From: Rhizaria sp. SCN 62-66
Lineage: Eukaryota
Length of the DNA: 63,805 nucleotides
Reading direction: 5' to 3'
NCBI GenBank assembly: GCA_001724265.1
Contig: MEDY01000293.1
Span: 1-63,805 of the forward strand
The position numbers were made by a program, and so were the translations under genes. The notes under the pieces are model-generated. The model made no database searches. It was not told where the DNA came from and saw nothing but the letters and a program-made list of their open reading frames with translations. Below are positions 19,662-30,386 of this stretch, one piece after another; positions within the stretch are counted from its first letter, which is position 1; the number at the start of each line of letters is the position of its first letter.

Positions 19662-22171
19662 ATGTCTACGTCCGCCAAGGCCGCGGCCAAGCCCGCTGGC
19701 GGTGCTGGCGGCAAGAAGGCCTCCAAGGGCCCGTCGCCGATCGCCAAGATCTACCTCATCCTCTACAACCTCGCCTCCGTCGTCGGTTGGGGCCTCGTCG
19801 CCAAGGAGGTCTTCTCCTCCCTCATCGCCGGCAAGTCTGCGCTGGAGATGTCGGCCACGGCGCTGCCGCTGGTCAAGATCGTGCAGTCCACGGCTGTTAT
19901 GGAGATCCTCCACTCGATGACGGGGCTCGTCCCCTCGGCTTGGTTCACCACCTTCGTCCAGGTCATGTCGCGCCTCATCGTGCTCTGGGCCTACTGCGTG
20001 CCCGTCTCACACGCGCACTGGTCTCTTTACCTGCTCCTCGGCTCCTGGTCCCTCTCGGAGCTGCCCCGCTACGGCCTCTACCTCTGGCAGCTGCTCTTCC
20101 CCACCACGCCCGCACCCTTCCCGCTCTTCTGGCTCCGCTACTCGCTCTTCGCCGTGCTCTACCCCGCCGGCATCACCGGTGAGATCCTCCAGCTCTGGAC
20201 CGCGCTGCCCTTCCTCAAGGCCCACTACCCCGCGCTCCGCATCGTGTCCTACTGCCTGCTCTTCGGCCTCTACCCGCCCGGCTCGCCCTTCATGTACTTC
20301 CACATGGTCGGCATGCGCAAGTCGCAGTTCCGCAAGCGCGCCGAGGCCGCCAAGCCCGCCGTGGCGGCCCCCAAGCCGCAGGGCCTGGTCTTCCCCACCG
20401 ACGCCGAGACGGGCGAGGTGTCCACCTCCAACACCGGCAAGGCCGTCTTCGCCGCCTCCGTCGCGGGCGTCATGAAGCCCGCCGCCGAGGCCATCATGGC
20501 GACCAAGAACTGGCGCTTTGGCTACGCGCGCCACGTCGTCGAGCACGTCAAGATTGCTTCTCAGTCGCCCCGCACCGCGCTCGCCGTCGCGCAGGCCGGT
20601 CTCGACGCCTGCTACAACACCTTCCGCTTCGTGCGCGACTCCGACAAGTTCGACGGCTCGCTCGCCGAGGCGCTGGAGCACTTCAAGGGCTCGTTCGAGC
20701 TGGGCCACGTCAAGGGCACCAAGTCCGCGCCCGCGGCCGGCTACACGCTCGAGGTGCCCTACAACGGCGGCGTGCTCTCTGGCGCGGCGCTCGAGGCGCA
20801 GCTCAACAAGTGGGCCCAATACGGCACCATCGAGCCCTCGTGCGCGGCCGCCATTGCGTGGGCCGCCAAGTCGGGCAGCAAGCTCGACCTCTCGGACAAG
20901 TACTTCGTGCTGCTGGGCGCGGGCGCGGCCATGGGCCCGCTGCAGGTGCTGCTGGCGCACGGCGCCAACATCATCGCCATCGACCTCGACCGCCCCGGCA
21001 TCTGGCAGCGCCTGCTCACGCTCGCGCAAAACTCCTCGGGCCAGATGTACTTCCCGCTCAAGTCGGCGCCCAAGTCGCAGTCGATCGCGGACCTTGCCGA
21101 GGTCGCCGGCGGCAACCTCTTCACCATGACCCCCGAGATCTGCAACTTCGTCGCTGACGTGCTGCCCGGCAAGAAGCTCGTCGTCGGCGGCTACGCCTAC
21201 CTCGACTCAGCCGCTCACGTGCAGGTCTCGCTCGCCATGGACGCCGTGATGAAGACCGCCATCGCGCGCCGCGGTGCCGCCAACGTTGCCCTGGGCTTCC
21301 TCTGCTCGCCCACCGACGTGTTCAACGTCGAGGAGGAGACCGCCGCCGCCGCCAAGAAGAACCGCGCGTCGGCGCCGCTGTGGCAGAAGCTCATCGCGGC
21401 CGTCGCGCCGGGCTCGCTGGCGCCGAACGGCGTCTCGGCCGTCGCTGAGGACCAGACCCCCGTCAAGATCAACAACGGCATCGTCGTCGCCCAGGGCCCC
21501 AACTACGCCTTCGCCAAGCGCATCCAGCACTGGCGCGCCGTCACCGCCTTCGCCGCGGGCTCCGTCGTCTCGACCAACATTGCGCCTTCGACCAGCACGC
21601 TCTCCGTCGTCTCCAACGCGTCTTTCGCTGCGGCCTACGGTGGCATGCACCTCTTCAAGCCCATGGAGGTCATGCGCCAGGTATGCACATAGCACCATAT
21701 TTCGCCTTGATATTTCGCCTTGATATTTCGCCTTGATATTTCACATTGATATCAACACTTTTGTTCAAAATGTCATTTTATTTAATGTTTAGGATTAATT
21801 TCTGACCACAACTTATCGTTGTATTCATTTTTTTTCGTTTCGTGTTGTTTTCGCCGAACACCGCATCCATAACACAGGAGACCTCGAACGCCGTCATGGG
21901 CGCGCTGCTGCTGCACGACGTCCTCAACACCGACTGCGCTAAGAACCCCGAGTCGAAGCTGGGCGCGGCGCTCAAGGCCAAGCAGCCCATGCTGCTCTTT
22001 GCGCAGGGCGCCTTCCACGGCGGCGTGTGGCGCATCGGCTACACCATGAACTCGATCGGCCCCTACTCGGCCGTGGCCTTCTACCTCAAGAAGTTCGCCT
22101 ACGTCCCCGCCGCGCTCGCGGGCGCCATCGGCTACGTCGCCGTCAAGGGCCTCCCCTTCTCCCTGCCCTAA
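19662..22171 (+). CDS. HACD: Fusion of an N-terminal very-long-chain 3-hydroxyacyl-CoA dehydratase (PTPLA/Phs1) and a C-terminal Rossmann/SDR-like domain, ~770 aa; exons 19662-21680, 21878-22171
   Basis: HACD motifs YLILYN, QSTAVMEILHS..GLV, QVMSR, WSLSELPRY, WLRYSLFAVLYPAGITGE (catalytic Y/E) and MYFHM..MR. The ORF continues in frame into a domain with VLLGAGAAMGP, IIAID, GPNYAFAKR and TNIAP. TAA stop. Confidence 0.85.
21681..21877 (+). other. Spliceosomal intron of the HACD fusion gene (197 nt)
   Basis: Donor CAG|GTATGC, acceptor AACACAG|GAG, AT-rich, and joins MRQ-ETSNAVMGALLLHD in frame. Confidence 0.88.
21697..21752 (+). repeat. Intronic 13-bp minisatellite ATATTTCGCCTTG (3 perfect copies, 1 degenerate, 1 partial)
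   Basis: Directly visible tandem copies at 21697, 21710, 21723 and 21736 (ATATTTCACATTG). Confidence 0.9.
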
Positions 22172-22728
22172 GCGGCTTGCGTGAGGCGCCACAACAGTCG
22201 TGAGAGGACAAGACTTGCGCTCACGTCGCGTCGTTTGGCCTCAGCATGACTGTTACTTTAAGTGAGTCCCCGTAACTTTGTTGTTGATCTGCGAAGAGCG
22301 GGACTTGCGTTATGATAATACAAACTCCTGTTTTTGTTCAATATAAGACGTCACTATAGGTATATATTATGTTTTGACATGATGGAAAGCCCGTCTTAGG
22401 GGCTAATATCTGTTAAGATATCTGCGTAACATTACTGTGTTGATACTGTAGCGATGCTGCGACAGTGACTGACTGCGCAAAACTGGAGGTCGCAAGTTCA
22501 ATGAGATAGAGAGGATATACACATTGTTTTGCTAATTTAGTTAATGATTATATTAATTACCCACGGAACATTTTCACTTTTCTTTCTCACATAACTGTTG
22601 ACGATGTGTCTTTTGTGTACGATCAATTTAGCGTCCCGCTCTCGTTGCTTCCTCTCGACAGCTCCAATCCTCCGCTTTTTACCCTCTACACACACAAGTT
22701 GGACCAGTCTCGCCGCATCCCACATTGC

Positions 22729-25700
22729 ATGACCAGCGCACAGAGTGCGGCTTTCCTGCGCGGTAGCGCGCTCACGGACTTTGCTTCGGGCAAGCTCTAT
22801 CAGAAGTTCCAGCGCGACCCCGAGACATGGGAGCGCACACTAGAGTTCCTTGCGCTGCCCGACACGGCGCGCGACCTCACACTCGATAACCGCGCCTTTC
22901 TCTTCCGCAGCGCACCTTTTGTCGCGTCCGTCCTTGCTGACTCCGCGCCCGCCGGCGCCGCGACTGACGTCGACCCGGCCGCCGAGCGCGTCGCGGCGGA
23001 AAGCGCGCTGGCCGCCTTCGCAGAGGTCGTCGCGACCCTGCTCTCGCCGCGCTTCGAGACCGTCTTCTGCCCCGGTTACGCCGCCATCATCACCTTTGCC
23101 GAGGCGCTATGTGACGCCTGCATTGCTGCCGCGCCCACGCTGGCCGCGCGCCCCCGCGCCGCGTCGGCCGCCTTCGCGCTCGTGCTGGCAGTCACCCGCG
23201 CGCTCCGCGCCCCGCTCGCGACCGCGGCCGCCACGGCCACCTCCAAGACGACCTTCGCGCAGCTCGCTGACGTGCAGCCGCGCCTGCTGCATCTTGCGGG
23301 TGTGGCCGCCGCTGTTACGCCCGTGCTCCGCGCGCTCGCCGCCGCAGATGCCTCCGCCACTGCCTCCGCCGCCGCCACCGCGGGCGCCGCCGCCGCCGTC
23401 GCCGCCGCGCTCGCCGCGATGGGGGGCTCGGTCGACGCGGACACCGCCGCGGCCGCGTCCGCCGCCGCCGCCACGGCCGCCGCGCTGCCCGCTGCCCTGT
23501 ACCAAGTCGTGACCGATGCCGCGCTCGCGCCCACGCACGTCCCTGCACTCGTGGCCGACCTCGACCGCTTCACCCTCAAGCACGCCTTCGTCTCCGCCGC
23601 TGCGTCTTCTGCCGCGGGGACGAGCGCGGCGGCCGTGGCGGGCACGCTCAACGCGGACGTGTACCACGACGTGTTCGCCGCCGCGCCCGCCGCGCTGGCC
23701 GTGCTGGGCAGCCTCGCCGCGCGACACCGCAAGAAGCCCGCCAGCGGCGGCGCTGGCCGCGGTGGCAAGAGCGATGCCGCCGCCGCGGCCGCCGCGACGC
23801 AGCACGACGACGACGGCGACGACGGCGACGACGCCGCCGCCGCGGCCGCCGCACCGGTGGGCTCGGCCGGCTACGCGGTGCAGCGCGCGGCGCTGCGGGC
23901 GTTCGACACGGTGACGCCGGCGCAGGGATTGTTTTTGCTCGGCCAGCTCGACGCGCTCGCCGCCGCGGGGCCCGCCGACGCCGCGCTCGACGCGCCCGTG
24001 CTCGCTGCGGCTGCGGCTCTCACTACTGCCCCGGCTGCGAAGGATGCCAAGCAGAGCAAGGACACCAAGGACAGCAAGGACGCGAAGAAGAGTGCCAAAA
24101 ACACACAGGCCAAGACCTCTAGCACGAACAATAGCGCGACGAATCACAGTAGCAGTCGCAACAGCAATGGTAGCGAGGACGAGCTCCCGGCCGCGGTCGT
24201 GGAGCTGCCCCCGCAGACGCACTTCGTGTGCCCGCGCGCGCACGTGCTGGCCTTCCTGCCCTCGCTTTACACAGCCTTTGTCCGTGCCGTCCGCGCCCAC
24301 CGCGCCGCCACCGCCGCTGCCGCCGCAGCCGACGCCGAGTCTGCGGCCGCTGCGGCTGCCGCTGCCGCCGCGGCATCGTCGGGCAGCGGCGCGGGAGCGT
24401 CCGCCGCGGCCGCTGCCGCCGCTGCGGAGGCGATCCGCCGGCGCAAGGCGCTGCTGGTGCAGAAGCTGAGCGAGACGGCCTTTCTGACGCTCGTCTTTTC
24501 CGTCGCCGCGCCACAGGACGCGCAGCAGCACGCGCTGCTGCCCGTTGCGACCACCGGCGACGACGGCGCCGCTGCCCCTGCGGCGTCGGCGTCGGCCGTG
24601 GCGGCGTACCTCAGCACTCAGGGCGCGCTGCTGGCGCTGGCGCGGTCGCTGCGCGTCTACGCGGCTAACGAGGACCGCGACGGCGCGCAGCTGCGCTTCT
24701 TCCGCGCCGCGCTGGCCTCGGTACTCACGGCTTGGGCCGCCGCGCCTGCCGCGCCCGTGGCGGCGCTGCGCGGGCCCGCGGCCGCCGCGCTCGCCAGCGC
24801 GCGCGCCGACCCGCTCGCCGCGGCGCTGGACCTGGGGGCGGGCTCGGCGCGTGGCGGCGAGCGCACACTTAACTCGCCGGTGTACCGCGCCGTGCCACGC
24901 GCGCTCGCGGCGGGCGCCGCGGGCGCGGCCTCGGCGCTCGAGACGTCGTCGCCGCGGCCGCCGCGGCCGTGCGCGCCGCGGCCGCGCTGAACCCCGCGAT
25001 CTTCACGGACCTGCTGATGCCGCTGTGCGGTCTCTGGGCCTGGGGGCTCGACGCCGCCGCGCTCGTCGCCACTGATGCCGCCACCGCGCTCGCCAGCGAC
25101 GGCGGCGACGGCGACGCGGCGAAGCAGGCGCGCGCGGCCGCCGCGGCGCGCGGCGCGCTTGTTCAGCTGCTGGAGCAGGTCTTCTCCACGCACGCGCACC
25201 TGCGCCAGCTGGGCGAGTTCCTCTCGGCGATGCTCGCGGCCGCCGCGGCGCTGCGCGGGCGCCCCGGCGCGAGCAACGCGGCCGCGCAGGCCGCGCCGCC
25301 GCTGCCGCCGCTGGCCGCGCTGCTGCCGGGGCTGCCCGCGGCGCTGACGACCATGGCGCAGCCCGCGCTGCTGCGCCTGTGGGCTGCGCTCACCGACGCC
25401 TTCTCGACCTTCACCGCCGCCGCTGCCGCCGACGCCACCGCCGCGGCCGCCGCGGCCGCCGCGGGCGGTGACTCGCGCGCGCGCGACGCGCTGGTGGCGC
25501 AGGCGCACGTGGCGTCGCAGCACAACCTGGCGCACTTGTTCGCCGCGCTGCTGGCGGCCGCGCCCGTGCCCGACGCGGCCGCAGCCGAGACGTACGCGCC
25601 TCTGCTGCAGGACGCCGCCGCCGCCGTCAACGGCGCGCTTGACGCCGCGGCCGGCGCCGCCGCGCGCCCCGCCTCAGTGGCCGCGCCGCGCACGGTCGCG

Positions 25701-28700
25701 ACGCTCGGCGCCGTCGCTGCCGCCAGTCTGGGCGTCAAGGCGAGCGCCGCCAGCACTGGCGGCAAGGGCGGCGCCGCTGCGATGCCGGGCTCGCTGAGCG
25801 TGGCGGCGACAGCGACGGTGTTCCTGGCGCTGTCGCGACTGGCGGAGCGCTGCGCTACCGTCGCGCGCGGCTCCCCGCAGGCGGCGCCGCTGCTGCTCAT
25901 GTCCACGCGTGTGGCCGCCGCGATGCCTGCGGCCGACTGGGCCGGCGTCGCCGCGCCGCTCGCGCCGCTCTGGGTCCGCGAGCCCGTCGCCGCGCTTGCC
26001 GCCGCGCTGCGCGAGGCCGCCGCGGCCGCGCTCCCCGCCGCGGCCGACGGGCACAACGGCGACGACCAGGAGGATGCCGCCGCGGCCTCGCGCAGCAAGC
26101 GCGCGCGCCCTGCCGCCGCTTCGTCCAAGTCCGCCTCCTCTGCGCCCGCCGTGTCTGCGGCCGCGTGCGTCGAGGCGCGCGCGCTGCAGCTGGCGGCGAC
26201 CGAGTTCTCGCTGTGGCGACTCGCGCTCATCGCGCGCGACCAGGCCTGGGCGCTCGACGCGCCCGCACTGCGCGCCGCTGCCGCCGCCGCCGCTGCCGCG
26301 CCCGCCGCCGCCGCCACCAAAACGGCTACGCTGACGCCCGCGCAGCGCGCCGAGCTCGACGTCGCGTCCGAGGCCCTGGCGCTGCTCACCGCCGTCTCGG
26401 CCGACGTCGCCACTTACGTCGCGCCCGCGCTCTTCCCTCGCGGCAGCACCGGCACCAGCACCAGCATCAGCCAGAAGGCCGAGCACCTGCTGTTCGCGCC
26501 GCCCGCGTCCGCGGCCGCGTTGGGCTCGGCGACGCTGGCAGCGCTCGCGAGTGCATTCCCGCTCTGGACAGCGCTGCAGGCGCGCGCCGCCGCCGTCGCG
26601 GTGCCCGGGCTCGCCGACGCGCTTGTTACGCTTACGCGCGCGCTGCTGCGGCCCTATACACACCCGGCCCCCGCTGCCGCTGCCGCCGCCACCGGCGCTG
26701 CCGCGAGCGCGAGCGTGGGCGTGGTGGCCGCGGCGGCGACCGCGCGCGCCGCATGGACCGACGCGCGCCTGCTCTACTGCCCCTTCCTGGCCTTCGCGCT
26801 GCCCACCGTGATCGCGCGCGCCGCCGCCGAGGCCGACGCCGCGGCCGCGGAGGCCGCCGCGGCTGTCTCGTCGAGCTCCAAGCGCAGCACCAGCGCCAGT
26901 GCACTGGCCGAGACTGCCTCTGCGCGCGCCGCCGAAGCGTTTGCGGTCGCCGAGGCCGTGCTGCTGCAGTGCCTGCCGCTGCCGCTCTCGCTCCTCACGG
27001 CCGTCTTCTCCCCCGCCTCTGGCTCCGGTGCTGCCGGACTCGTCGCCCCGGTCGCGGCTGACGTCGCTGTGTTGCCGCAGACGCTGCTGTCGCTCTTCGC
27101 GGCCGCCACCGCCGCCGCTGCCGGCCCCGTCGCGTCGCTGCGCGCCCCTGCCTCCGCGCTGCGCGCGTGTCTGAGCGCATTCCTCGCCCGCTGCGCGCCG
27201 CTTGCCCCGCGCGTGCTGGCCCGCGCCCTGGTGCTCTCCCTTGCCGCGCCCCTGGACGCGCTCGTCGCTCCTGCGCCCGCGAGCTCCGCTACCGGCGCCG
27301 CCGCCGCCGCTGCGTCTGCCGCAGGGGACTCCGTGCTGGGCTCTGAGCTGTCGGGCCTGTCGGTGTGCCTGCACTGGGCTGCCACCACCGCTTCCGATGA
27401 CGCTATGGCCGCACTCGCTGCCGCGTTCACCGCCGCCGCCGCTGGCCGCACCTCGGCCGTGGCACCGCTAGACGCCGCACTGGCCGCTCTCTCGGCGTCC
27501 GCGCCTGGCACCAAGGGTGCTGCCACCGCTGCTTCTGACGCGCTGCGCACCGCGGGCGCCGTGGCGTCCGCTGTGATGCTCCGCTGTGCGCGCGCGCTGC
27601 TCCTGGCGGCGTCTCCCGCGACCGTGGCGACCGACGCGCCCCGCGCCACGCGCGCGCTGCTGGTGCTGCGCGTATTCGTCGATGCCGTCGCCGCGCGCGC
27701 GTACTCGCTGCGCAACGCGCTCGTCGCCGCCGCTGATGCCGAAACCGCGATGGCCGCGGCGAGCACTGCTGACGCCGGCGCCGTTGCTGCTGGCTTCTTC
27801 GCTGGCCTGCTGGCCTGGGTCCGCGGACTTGTCTCTGCCGCGTCCACGAACAGCGGCACTGACGCTGACGCCGAGGCGGACATCGACGGTAGCACGAGCG
27901 CGCTGCTGAGCGCTGCATCTGCGCTGCAGCGTCTGTCCTCGGCGCTTGTCGCGCTCATGCCCGTGATCGACGCTGTGGCCGCCGCGCGCGCGCACTCTCT
28001 GCGCGGCGCCGTGGCCTTCTTCGCCTCGCCTGCGCTCTCCGCGCCGCTGTGGGCGCCCGCGGAAACCGCGGCCGTGCGCGTCATTGTGCGCGCCGCCGCG
28101 GCCGCCGCCGCGCTGCCCGCCCCCGCGAGCTCCCGCGCGCCCGCGCCCGTCGCGCTCGGCCTGGCCGCCGACCTGCTGCACCAGCGCGTGCCCGTGGCCG
28201 CCGCGATGCCGGTCGCCGGGGCCGCGCCCGCGCCTGCAGCCGTCACTGCGGCGGGCGCGGCGGCTGAGGCCGCGGCCCGGCACTTCGCGCTGCTGCTTGC
28301 GCTGCGCGTGCGCGTGCTGGCGTGCTTCGGCCCCGTGCACTGGCTCGCGGCCCGCCTGCGCGCGGCCGTGGACGACGCTGCGACGGCCGCGCTTGCCGCC
28401 GCCACGGCCGCCGTCGCGCACGCCGCGCCGCTGCCCGCCTTTGCGGAGCCTGACGCCGTGATGCAGATGGTCTGCGATTGCGTCGACGTCTCCGTCGGCG
28501 CCGCCGGGTCCTCTATGCTCGCACTCGCGCTGCCCGCCGCCTTGCGCGACGCGCCCGCCGCGGCCTCGCCGTGGGCCGGCCCCGCGGGGTCCGCTCTGGC
28601 GGCACTCATCACCGGCGCCGACGCCGCTGCCGCGCTGGCTGCCTCGCTCGCGCAGTCATGGCGCCATACGCGCACGGTCGTCGCTGCCACCACGCCGCTG

Positions 28701-30038
28701 CTCGTGCGCCTTGCGCGCGCCGTCATCGTGCTCGGCGCTGCGGCCAGCGCGCCCGCGCAGCTCGGCGCCACGCGTGCCGCGCCCTCTCAGCTCGCCGGCG
28801 CCGTCGTGACTGCGTTGTCCTCGCTTGCCTCAGCTTCCGGCCCTGCCACGAACGGCGCCCCTGTTGCAGTTGGCCTCCCCGCTGTCATGCTGGCTGCGTC
28901 GCGCCTTGTCGCCGCCGCTGCTTCTCCCGCCGCCGCGTCCACGGGTGCCGGCTTTGGTGCTGTGACCGCTGCCTCGAGTGTGGAATCGACGACTGGCATT
29001 ACCCCCACGCTCGCGGCGGCAGCTTCGTCGCCCTTCGCGACCCTCGGCGTCGCCTCCGCCGCGTCCACGTCCGCCTCCGCTGCCTCGCCCGCGTCCGCGT
29101 CTGCGAGCGCGAGCCTCGCCGCGGCGGCGCCTGTGCTGCTGTCGCTGCTGCCGGCCTCTGCGCTGGTGTCGGCGGTGCAGGCCGTGCGCCAGCTGGTAGC
29201 GCACCATACTACGCTCACGGCCTCGCAGCTCTCGCTCGCCTACGACGCGCTGCTCGCCACCAGCCCGCTGCTCGCCGTGCGCTCCGGCGACGCCGCGGAC
29301 GACGACGCGCTCGCCGCCGGTGGGCTCACCGACGACCACGCCGCCGGCGCCGCGCTCGCCGGCGCCGCTGCGGCCGGTAGCGCGAGCAGCGCCGGCGCTG
29401 CGCTTGTCTGGCATGCCGTTGCCGCGGCCAATACGCAGGGCTCCACCGTGCTCGGCACCGCGCTCAGCCGCGCGTCGTCGGCGCTGCCCGCCGCAGCTTT
29501 CGCTGGCGGCGCGGCGGCCGTGCTGCCCGCGGCGCTCGCGGCGGCCTCCGTGAGCCGCGCCACCGTGGCTGCCTGCGCGCTCGCGCCGGCGCTGGCCGAG
29601 GCGCTCACGGCGACCGTGCGCAGTCACTCGGCGCGCGCGTGCGGCGCGCTGTCGCCGCTGCTGCTGCGCGGCGTGCGCAGCGTGTTGGCCTTTGCGCTCC
29701 AGGGCACGGCGCCGCTGCGGCGCTTCCGCGCGGGCGCGGGCGACACGGTGCTGTTTGCCACCGCGCGGCTGCTGCAGGAGCTCTCGCGCTCCACCAACGC
29801 CAAACCCGTCGCGCAGTTCGCGCACGTTGTCGTGGCCGACTACGTGCACTGGGCGCGCGACGCCGCCGCGCCGCTGGCCGGCCAGGAGTGGCGCATCGTG
29901 CGTCTGGGCCTGTTCGCGGTGCTGTCGCTGTGCGCGGATCACCAGCGCAAGAACATGGCGCTGGGGCTCGACGAGGCCGGCCGTATCGCACTCCGCGCGC
30001 TTACGGAGGAGGCGCGCCGCTTCCAGTTCTTTGGTTAA
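22729..30038 (+). CDS. URB2: Nucleolar pre-60S factor Urb2/Npa2-like, ~2436 aa, split by an apparent 1-nt frameshift near 24942
   Basis: ORFs 22606..24990 (frame 1) and 24969..30038 (frame 3) overlap with no AT-rich spacer. The C-terminus VVADYV...GLFAVLSLCADHQRKNMALGLDEAGRIALRALTEEARRFQFFG resembles the Urb2/Npa2 C-terminal domain. TAA stop. Confidence 0.6.
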
Positions 30039-30386
30039 AGCTGCAAACAAGCGGGTGCACAAGCTAACAAGCATGCGCATCTGCTTAGAATCTCAATCAT
30101 TTATTGGCTCGAGTACAGTAGTTAGCTATTAAACATCACGTTGTTTCTTTCAAAATTAAAATTATTACCGGTTCTTCATCAATACAGTTTAGACTTTATT
30201 ATTTACGTGCCCGTCTCAACAACGAACATCAGTTGTAGTTGTTTTAACTTTCATAAAGCTTTCTTTGCTCTTCAATTGACATGTGCGTTCTTTTAATACT
30301 TTAATCTTCTATCCTACCAATAAACCAATAAAATTGGACATCAACGCAACTTAAATACCCCATGCACACCGACGGAGGCCCTGTTC

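Noticed and set aside
21697-21752. Repeat array as a possible CRISPR
   Set aside because: The 13-bp units are directly adjacent with no spacers, and they lie inside a eukaryotic intron. It is a minisatellite.
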